Virus record (IMG/VR): IMGVR_UViG_3300034418_008897
Span: 16,525 to 80,524 of that record
Length of the DNA: 64,000 nt
Reading direction: 5' to 3' (one strand)
From: a virus
The notes beneath the pieces were generated by a model. That model ran no database searches. It was not told the origin of the DNA and saw nothing but the letters and a program-made list of their open reading frames with translations. The position numbers and the translations under genes were made by a program. This document shows positions 57,606-64,000 of this stretch, piece after piece (position 1 is the stretch's first letter; each line of letters starts with the position of its first letter).

Positions 57606-57872
57606 ATGAATAATAAATATGAAATAGAATATTGGGATAGAGTAGATTATTATAGCGTAAATTCTAAAGTTAAAAGTACTGAAATTTGGGAAGGTTCTAA
57701 AGAAGAAATATTTAAAAAATTTTATGATAAAAATAATTCTCTTCGATATTGTAATGGTAGTTATTATAAGTTTAAAAATAAATTAATTGAAAAAGAATAT
57801 AAAGAATGGTATGATTCTTTAAGTGAAAATACAAAATTTAATATGTACTACGGTAATGGTATTGTTGATTAA
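57606..57872 (+). CDS. Hypothetical protein
   Basis: 88-aa ORF. Confidence 0.55.
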   Translation: MNNKYEIEYWDRVDYYSVNSKVKSTEIWEGSKEEIFKKFYDKNNSLRYCNGSYYKFKNKLIEKEYKEWYDSLSENTKFNMYYGNGIVD

Positions 57873-57883
57873 AAAAAATAAGA

Positions 57884-58075
57884 ATGAATAACAATAAACA
57901 CATATGGGAAGGTTGGACTGTTCAAGATTTTATAAACGAGTTAGAGATAACTTTTCCTTATCAGACATTTAAAACAAAAGAAGAAGTTAAAGAATGGTGT
58001 AAATCAGAACAACCTTATTATAAAAAACATATACCTGAAGTGTATGCACATTTTTTAAGTAAAACTAATTTTTAA
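57884..58075 (+). CDS. Conserved phage protein (IWEGWTVQDFI...QPYYKK)
   Basis: 63-aa ORF. Confidence 0.55.
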   Translation: MNNNKHIWEGWTVQDFINELEITFPYQTFKTKEEVKEWCKSEQPYYKKHIPEVYAHFLSKTNF

Positions 58076-58096
58076 TAAATTAAAAATTAAAATAAA

Positions 58097-58507
58097 ATGA
58101 AAAAAATATTATTTATCATAATGTTACTCTTAGTAGGAGTAAGTTATGGACAAGAAAATGAACAAGAAGAAGCTATATTTGTAACAACAGGTAGCTTTAG
58201 TAAATTTGAAAACCAAAATAACCCAGAAGAATCTTTCATAAGTGAAGGTAAAATAAATCAGATTTATGTATTTAAATTTTATGAAGGTTGGACTAAAGGA
58301 TCTTTAGTATCTAGAGGTAGCGATATAAGTTTAAAAATTATTAATGTAAAACAAAAAACCGACAATACTATATTAATAGAAGCTAAAGATATAGAAAATA
58401 CTATAATGTATATTAAAGTAGATTTTGTAAATGAAGTAGTAGAAACTTTAATAGGCCTTAATGGAGGTTATTTAACTACGACCCACAATTTATTAACTTA
58501 TAATTAA
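58097..58507 (+). CDS. Secreted protein with Bacteroidota-style signal peptide
   Basis: MKKILFIIMLLLVGVSYG|Q. Confidence 0.6.
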   Translation: MKKILFIIMLLLVGVSYGQENEQEEAIFVTTGSFSKFENQNNPEESFISEGKINQIYVFKFYEGWTKGSLVSRGSDISLKIINVKQKTDNTILIEAKDIENTIMYIKVDFVNEVVETLIGLNGGYLTTTHNLLTYN

Positions 58508-58683
58508 TGAAATTAGAAAAAATGGAAGGTAAAAAATATGGCTCAGAATATTGTTATTTTTTTAATGAAGATGGTCAATGGATAGGTTATTTTAAAGCTG
58601 TATTTTCTAGAAGTTATTATGTTAAAGATACTAGATGTGGTTATTATTTTCATAATTCTTTATACAAATCTTATTATATATAA
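58507..58683 (+). CDS. MKL-family paralogue 1 (58 aa)
   Basis: Translated by hand: MKLEK...IGY...SYY...CGY...KSYYI. Confidence 0.55.
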   Translation: MKLEKMEGKKYGSEYCYFFNEDGQWIGYFKAVFSRSYYVKDTRCGYYFHNSLYKSYYI

Positions 58684-58792
58684 AATTGTGTCCCGCCTAG
58701 CCTCTCTCACGAAACATTGGTGGCGTAGCGGTTCTCCTTTATAATACCGGTTAAATTAGAGAGTCAGTTATCTTAATAAGATGCTGACAAAA

Positions 58793-58866
58793 GCTCCTGT
58801 AGCTCAGTTGGTTAGAGCACCTGACTCATAATCAGGTGGTCCTAGGTTCGAGCCCTAGCAGGAGCA
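58793..58866 (+). tRNA. tRNA with CAU anticodon, probably Ile2 (lysidine type); elongator Met not excluded
   Basis: GCTCCTG/CAGGAGC acceptor; CCTGA-CTCATAA-TCAGG anticodon arm; CTAGG-TTCGAGC-CCTAG T arm; no encoded CCA. Confidence 0.9.
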
Positions 58867-58882
58867 CTTAAATATTTAAATT

Positions 58883-59083
58883 ATGAAATTAGTAAAAGCA
58901 GGAAATAAAAACAATTTCCATTTTGAATACCATGAAACATTATTAAATGAATATCTAGTATTAAACTTTGAAGGTTACCACATATGTAAATATAATAATA
59001 AAATAATATCTAAAAAATATTGGTTAAGTGATGAAATAAAAGGTTTTTGTATCACCAGAAACGAAAAAAGTTATAACATATGA
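58883..59083 (+). CDS. MKL-family paralogue 2
   Basis: MKL...EGY...KKYW...KGF...KSYNI. Confidence 0.6.
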   Translation: MKLVKAGNKNNFHFEYHETLLNEYLVLNFEGYHICKYNNKIISKKYWLSDEIKGFCITRNEKSYNI

Positions 59084-59104
59084 AATTAAATTAAAATAAA
59101 TATT

Positions 59105-59416
59105 ATGGAAAAATTTGTAGAAGACGGTCAAGTAGCCGTATTATATAGCCCAAGTTTTGGAGCTGGATGGTCAACATGGAATAGTAATAAGGATATTATT
59201 TTTGATAAAAGAATAGTAAAAAAAGTATTAGCTAAAAAACATTCTGAAATAACTGAAGAATGGATGAAAAAGATAGGTTATAAAAATATTTATTGCGGTG
59301 GTGCAGAAGATTTAACAATAATATGGTTACCTATATCATCTAAATTTATTATAAATGAGTATGATGGCTTTGAATCTATAGAACTATATGATGATATTAA
59401 CTTTATAACTGCTTAA
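59105..59416 (+). CDS. Conserved phage protein (VAVLYSP.FGAGWSTWN...EYDG.E)
   Basis: Recognisable motif family of unknown function. Confidence 0.6.
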   Translation: MEKFVEDGQVAVLYSPSFGAGWSTWNSNKDIIFDKRIVKKVLAKKHSEITEEWMKKIGYKNIYCGGAEDLTIIWLPISSKFIINEYDGFESIELYDDINFITA

Positions 59417-59418
59417 TT

Positions 59419-59985
59419 ATGCCTAATTATTGTTGGAATTCTATTACTATATACAAAGAAGATATTAAATTATTGGAAGAATTAAAATCAAAATTTGAAA
59501 ATAATAGCTTTAATTATAGTATAGATTATTATAAAAATTTATTTCCTGCTGATTATATTTTACCAGATATAGAAATTCATGACATTTATAGTGTTAGTAG
59601 TACTTTTGGCTCTAAGTGGTTTGATTTATCTAGCTGCTATATAGAAGAAGATAATACTTTGATATTAAATGGAGATAGTGCTTGGGGCCCTATTGTACCT
59701 TTAGTAAAAATGCTATCAGAAGCTTATCAATGTAATACTTCTATATATTATGAAGAACCAGGTTGTGATTTTGGTGGTAAAGCTGAATATAATTGTGGAG
59801 AAATTGTAGAAGAATTACACACTACTTACTTGCATATAAGATATATAGATGATGGATTAGAAGCTATTTATAATGAATTTCAAGAAGGTTTTATAAGTTG
59901 TGAAAGATTGGCTGAAATATCTGAATTTGTAAGTGATGAGGATTTTGAAGAAATATTAAATAATTATAAAGATGTACAAAATTAA
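59419..59985 (+). CDS. DUF1281/YubB ferredoxin-like domain protein
   Basis: MPNYCWN, FGSKW, SAWGP and YEEPGCDFGG motifs. Confidence 0.65.
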   Translation: MPNYCWNSITIYKEDIKLLEELKSKFENNSFNYSIDYYKNLFPADYILPDIEIHDIYSVSSTFGSKWFDLSSCYIEEDNTLILNGDSAWGPIVPLVKMLSEAYQCNTSIYYEEPGCDFGGKAEYNCGEIVEELHTTYLHIRYIDDGLEAIYNEFQEGFISCERLAEISEFVSDEDFEEILNNYKDVQN

Positions 59986-60244
59986 AAAAGATAATAAGCA
60001 TAGAAATTCTATGAACAACAGAAAAAGTTTAACAATTAAATTTAAAGTTTTAGATAAACATTGTTTTAAAAAAATGTCAGTTAAACTAAAAATGAAAAAC
60101 CCTGAGTTGCAAGAAATGAATTAAAAATTTAACATTACCTCATTGACCATTTCAAAAGCTATATGCTGATGTGATGTAGAGAATTTAATGTACGCATTGA
60201 ATTATAAATAATGTTATTAAGTATAAACAGTAAAATTTAAAATT

Positions 60245-60478
60245 ATGGAAAAAAGAACAATAGTATTAGAACCATCAACTAACACTCACTCATTAAATGC
60301 TAATGATGTTAAGGTTGAAAAAATCGACAATTCAATTTTAAAATTGACAATCGATGGTGAAGGAATTGTAACGCATGGTGAACATGGAACATTGACTACA
60401 GAATCAAAGAATGTTATTAAATATGTACAACAAGAGTACAATCCGGTTACAAGAAAGTTAAGAAACGCTTTCGATTAA
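60245..60478 (+). CDS. His-motif small protein, usual partner of DUF6745-like genes
   Basis: THSL...THGEHGTL...QQEYNP...RNAFD. Confidence 0.55.
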   Translation: MEKRTIVLEPSTNTHSLNANDVKVEKIDNSILKLTIDGEGIVTHGEHGTLTTESKNVIKYVQQEYNPVTRKLRNAFD

Positions 60479-60495
60479 TTAAACCTTAAATTACT

Positions 60496-60521
60496 AGCCA
60501 GGTGTTAATGCCTGGCTTTTT
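60496..60521 (+). terminator. Intrinsic terminator
   Basis: AGCCAGG-TGTTAATG-CCTGGCT followed by TTTT. Confidence 0.75.
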
Positions 60522-60524
60522 ATT

Positions 60525-60731
60525 ATGAAGTTAGAGAGGGAAAAATTATTTTATTCAGAAGAAATTGCTTTGTATCTTAGGTTTGCACAAGGTAAAGGTT
60601 TTTTAAAAAGGTTTGAAGGGTTATATGCCTATGATTTTCCTAGGATTGAGGAATATCATAAATGTTATTTTAAAAACAATGAAGCAATAGGGTTAGCCTT
60701 AAATACAGAGGGAATAGAATATTTCATTTAA
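60525..60731 (+). CDS. MKL-family paralogue 3
   Basis: MKL...EGL...KCYF...IGL...EYFI. Confidence 0.55.
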   Translation: MKLEREKLFYSEEIALYLRFAQGKGFLKRFEGLYAYDFPRIEEYHKCYFKNNEAIGLALNTEGIEYFI

Positions 60732-60750
60732 AAATTAAATTATAAAAATT

Positions 60751-61671
60751 ATGGAAGAAATAATTATTAACATTACATCTATAGAGCAATTAAAAGGATT
60801 ATCTTTAAACTTAACAACAGGTAAATTCTATGACAATGTAAAAAATAAAGATGTAGTAAAATTATTGAAACAAGTATTCACAAATAAAGCTCGTTTTAAA
60901 TCACGTTTTGTAGATTTGCTAAACTCTATTAAAACTAGATTAGATGCTTTCCCAAACTTTCCAGAAGGATTTTTTGACAATTTAGGGGAAGATGATTACT
61001 ATGAATTTGTAAGGTATATTGATTATAACAAAATGCCATATGAAGAAGTAAAAGCATATTGGGCTAAAATGGAAAAGGAACATGGTATCACATATGACAT
61101 ACAAGATACTTCTGTATTTGAATGTGAAGGCCTAATGAATGAATTGTTGGATATGTATGATGATGCTACACCATTCACATATGAGGAAGCATTCAAAATT
61201 GAAAATGAAGAATTTCAAGCAATGGTATTCGGTACTATTGATATTGTTGATATGATTAAAGAATTAGGTTCTAAAAGAATCAAAACAGATGGTAAACGTG
61301 TCAAACATAAAGATTTTTCAACATCAGGAGAATTTCTAGGTATGAAAGAATACGATGTTATTTATGAAACTCATGAAGTAAATTGTAGTAAATTAGGTTT
61401 AAATAGTAATGCTTATGCTTTGAGATGTTGGTGTACTACTACGGATAAAGAACATTGGTTATGGATAGAAGATCAATACAAAGATGATCCATTAGAAGCA
61501 GTAGCATCAACAATGAGAGTACATGAAAATATCATACCACATATTAAAGAAATTAAACGTCAAGGAGATATATTATTAGTTGAAACTGGTGATATAGATA
61601 TCAAACCAGAAGGTGAAATGATTCCTTTAACAGCAGGGCAATATTTTGGGTTTTTAACAGCTCAATCATAA
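60751..61671 (+). CDS. DUF6745-like protein with C-terminal RQGD motif
   Basis: IENEEFQ..., CWCTTTDKEHWLW..., LEAVA and KRQGDILL. Confidence 0.5.
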   Translation: MEEIIINITSIEQLKGLSLNLTTGKFYDNVKNKDVVKLLKQVFTNKARFKSRFVDLLNSIKTRLDAFPNFPEGFFDNLGEDDYYEFVRYIDYNKMPYEEVKAYWAKMEKEHGITYDIQDTSVFECEGLMNELLDMYDDATPFTYEEAFKIENEEFQAMVFGTIDIVDMIKELGSKRIKTDGKRVKHKDFSTSGEFLGMKEYDVIYETHEVNCSKLGLNSNAYALRCWCTTTDKEHWLWIEDQYKDDPLEAVASTMRVHENIIPHIKEIKRQGDILLVETGDIDIKPEGEMIPLTAGQYFGFLTAQS

Positions 61672-61736
61672 AATACTTACATCAAGCGTATTTCCTTAGA
61701 TTTCACCTGCAAATGGACTACTAAAAATAATGATAA

Positions 61737-61925
61737 ATGAAATTAAAACACCACAAATACATTAATGAAATAGGATTAACTAGCTTTTTTAGAGCTATTC
61801 ATTCAAATTATGGTATGTTGAGAATTGGTTATCTTATAGAAAGAGACAATAAATTATATTATAACAATAAACACGAACTTGTAGGTTATGGTATTTATGG
61901 AAGATTTAAAAATTATTGGATATGA
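61737..61925 (+). CDS. MKL-family paralogue 4
   Basis: MKL...IGY...KLYY...VGY...KNYWI. Confidence 0.55.
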   Translation: MKLKHHKYINEIGLTSFFRAIHSNYGMLRIGYLIERDNKLYYNNKHELVGYGIYGRFKNYWI

Positions 61926-62098
61926 AATTAATAAAAAATGAATATAACTCTACAAAATGGTTTCACACTTATTATAAAAGAAGTAAAAAATCAATTAATG
62001 AAGGATTATGTGTTACTAAATTAAGTAAAAAATATTATTTATTTGATGAAATAGTGGGTTTTGAACTATCTAAAAATGAAAAAAGTTATTATATATAA
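61922..62098 (+). CDS. MKL-family paralogue 5 (probable start 61922)
   Basis: MKL...EGL...KKYY...VGF...KSYYI. Confidence 0.55.
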   Translation: MKLIKNEYNSTKWFHTYYKRSKKSINEGLCVTKLSKKYYLFDEIVGFELSKNEKSYYI

Positions 62099-62583
62099 TG
62101 GGAACAAATTTTTATTCAATACCTAAAGTTAAAGACTTAGAAAAGAAAAGACAAAAATTAATTGAAGAAATTCAATCAATGGACATATCAAATGCCGAGC
62201 TTTGTGAAAATCGCTTTAGAATTCATGAAGATGGTTGGGATAGATTATCACCTTGGGATAAATTTATTAACGGTAATTCAATACATTTAGGTAAACGCTC
62301 AATGGGATGGAAGTTTTGTTGGAACTTTAACGATAACAAATACTACTCAAATAAAGAAGAATTATTAGACTTTATTCGTAGTAGAAGAGTTGTCGATGAA
62401 TATGGTGATGAACTACAACCAGATCAATTTATTCAAATGGCATTAGATTGGGGTGAACCCGATGGTATGGTTGCAGATGAAGAGTATATGAAAGAACATC
62501 ATTTTTGGATGTCAGACCCGTCATTATACGCAGATAGAGAAATAGACGGTTTAAGAGTATCATCAAGTACGGAATTTAGTTAA
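62098..62583 (+). CDS. Conserved phage protein (MGTNFY...IHLGKRS.GWKF)
   Basis: Recognisable motif family of unknown function. Confidence 0.6.
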   Translation: MGTNFYSIPKVKDLEKKRQKLIEEIQSMDISNAELCENRFRIHEDGWDRLSPWDKFINGNSIHLGKRSMGWKFCWNFNDNKYYSNKEELLDFIRSRRVVDEYGDELQPDQFIQMALDWGEPDGMVADEEYMKEHHFWMSDPSLYADREIDGLRVSSSTEFS

Positions 62584-62601
62584 AAATTAAAAATTAAAAA
62601 T

Positions 62602-62841
62602 ATGTATACAGATATTTCAACAACAAAAGGATACCCAAAAACTTTAATAATCAGAAACCACGAAGGTGGGATGATATGGCAAGTTTATCACGTTGAAAAA
62701 TTGAGTGAAGCTGATAAATTATCAAGCAACGCAACAATGAACGGTTTTGAAGCCATAACTTTAGAGGACTACCAAGAATATATGCAAGAAACTTGGCCTG
62801 AATGGAGAGAAACAGAAGGTAGTAAAGAAATAATTAAATGA
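62602..62841 (+). CDS. Hypothetical protein
   Basis: 79-aa ORF. Confidence 0.55.
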   Translation: MYTDISTTKGYPKTLIIRNHEGGMIWQVYHVEKLSEADKLSSNATMNGFEAITLEDYQEYMQETWPEWRETEGSKEIIK

Positions 62842-63011
62842 AATTAATACTTTTTAAAAGCAATGAATTTTATTGTTATAAGTCCCAAGACATCGTAACA
62901 AGACGTATAGGTTATAGAAATTATTATAATCAAGAGAAATGTTATTATAATAATTCAGGTATTATTATAGGTTATGAATATTATAATAAATTACATTATT
63001 ATAATATATAA
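62838..63011 (+). CDS. MKL-family paralogue 6 (57 aa)
   Basis: Translated by hand: MKLIL...IGY...KCYY...IGY...HYYNI. Confidence 0.55.
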   Translation: MKLILFKSNEFYCYKSQDIVTRRIGYRNYYNQEKCYYNNSGIIIGYEYYNKLHYYNI

Positions 63012-63167
63012 AATAATTAGCCCTCTGCCTAGCGCTGGGTATGGATCGAAGATGGGGACGGCGGTCTTAAATGACAATAGGTTTTTGAACCTAGCACACT
63101 TCCCTCCGAATCGTGGGTCGGCACAGTTTTTACCGTTTCTGGGGTTATTTTGTAAAAAACGGTTTAT

Positions 63168-63293
63168 AGTCAGGTGGCGGAATTGGTAGACGCATGAATA
63201 AAGGTTAATAGTAAAGATAACGAAGAGTAACCTTGAGATACCCGTAAAGTCAGCTCATAAGTTATCATATAGGTTCGAATCCTGTCCTGACTA
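63168..63293 (+). ncRNA. tRNA-like RNA with Leu-type D arm and no canonical anticodon arm
   Basis: AGTCAGG/CCTGACT acceptor; TGGCGGAATTGGTAGACGC D arm; ATAGG-TTCGAAT-CCTGT T arm; 75-nt branched insert between the D and T arms. Confidence 0.75.
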
Positions 63294-63315
63294 CAAATTA
63301 CAAATTACAAAAGTT

Positions 63316-63528
63316 ATGAAAAATAAAGATTTAAAAATAGAACAAAGAAAATCAGTGTCTATGAACTTCAATGATGCTTGGCACAAAGAAGGAGATTTTA
63401 TAGAGGTAACTGAATGGTCTAATGAAGAAGGTTGGGATATACAAATAAATGATACTAATCATTTTTCTTTTCACTTTACAGAATTTAAGGCTTTAAAGAA
63501 GTTAATAAATTTTTTAGAAAAAAGTTAA
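63316..63528 (+). CDS. Conserved phage protein (DFIEVTEWSN.EGWDI)
   Basis: 70-aa ORF. Confidence 0.55.
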   Translation: MKNKDLKIEQRKSVSMNFNDAWHKEGDFIEVTEWSNEEGWDIQINDTNHFSFHFTEFKALKKLINFLEKS

Positions 63529-63534
63529 TTATAT

Positions 63535-63732
63535 ATGAAGTTGATATTAAGTAAAAGTTATTATGATAATAATCAATTATATTTTCTTAATTTTTCTACA
63601 TATGGTATAATTATGCAGGGTTATGAAATAATTAATTGGTACGATGAAACTGTGTCTAAAGTATATTATATTAATAATGAGAAGATTGGTTTTGAAATTA
63701 AAGAAAGTACAATAAAACACTATAATATATGA
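63535..63732 (+). CDS. MKL-family paralogue 7
   Basis: MKLIL...QGY...KVYY...IGF...KHYNI. Confidence 0.55.
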   Translation: MKLILSKSYYDNNQLYFLNFSTYGIIMQGYEIINWYDETVSKVYYINNEKIGFEIKESTIKHYNI

Positions 63733-64000
63733 AAAATATTTACATAGGAGATATACACGGTCGTGATATATGGAAACAGATAGTAGCAGAGAATGAAGAT
63801 GCTGACAATATTGTATTCATTGGTGATTATTTTGATTCATTTGATATACCAGGTGTTGTACAATTAAGAAATGCTAGAGATATAGTAGAATTTAAAAAAT
63901 CCACAGAATTAGATCCTAGCAAACGAGTTTACTTGTTAATAGGAAACCATGATATTCATTATATGCGAGGTATTAACGGTAAAGGTACAACTAGTGGTTT
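63729..64000 (+). CDS. Calcineurin-like metallophosphoesterase, truncated at the window end
   Basis: IGDIHG, FIGDYFD and LIGNHD motifs (translated by hand). Confidence 0.85.
   Translation, partial: MKNIYIGDIHGRDIWKQIVAENEDADNIVFIGDYFDSFDIPGVVQLRNARDIVEFKKSTELDPSKRVYLLIGNHDIHYMRGINGKGTTSG

Noticed and set aside
58686-58765. HDV-like/theta ribozyme next to the tRNA
   Set aside because: Topology is loosely similar, but P1 is too short, L3 is atypical and J4/2 lacks the catalytic C; kept only as an unknown structured element
62974-63189. 71-aa ORF
   Set aside because: Overlaps MKL paralogue 6, the structured element and the tRNA-like RNA
58507-63732. Diversity-generating retroelement behind the MKL paralogues
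   Set aside because: No reverse transcriptase and no near-identical template/variable repeat pair seen in the window
1-64000. Stop-codon reassignment, as seen in some crAss-like phages
   Set aside because: Long genes are intact and tightly packed in the standard code, and TAG and TGA end several plausible genes

Overview
AT-rich segment of a crAss-like (Crassvirales-type) phage genome, probably infecting a Bacteroidota host, read in the standard genetic code. Positions 1-49.6 kb are one minus-strand late block. It holds tail fibre/spike genes with small partner genes (1-13.4 kb), then tail stabilisation, IHF-like and tail tubular genes, a ferritin, ring and auxiliary capsid genes, major capsid protein, scaffold, portal, a tandem GroES and the terminase subunits. 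It ends with a ~12.6 kb array (36.97-49.6 kb) of probable virion-cargo effectors. These share N- and C-terminal peptide tags and a ~45-aa shuffled module, but carry different payloads: HExxH peptidase, P-loop plus ART-like domain, two peptidoglycan hydrolases, and two beta-barrel-like proteins with no signal peptide. A GC-rich strand-switch region (49.6-50.1 kb) is followed by small plus-strand early genes. Their intergenic spaces contain a pistol ribozyme, a three-copy H-type pseudoknot with compensatory changes, a tRNA(CAU) and a 126-nt tRNA-like RNA with a replaced anticodon arm. A seven-member family of ~60-aa paralogues is dispersed through 58.5-63.7 kb. All calls come from reading motifs and synteny by eye; no searches were run.
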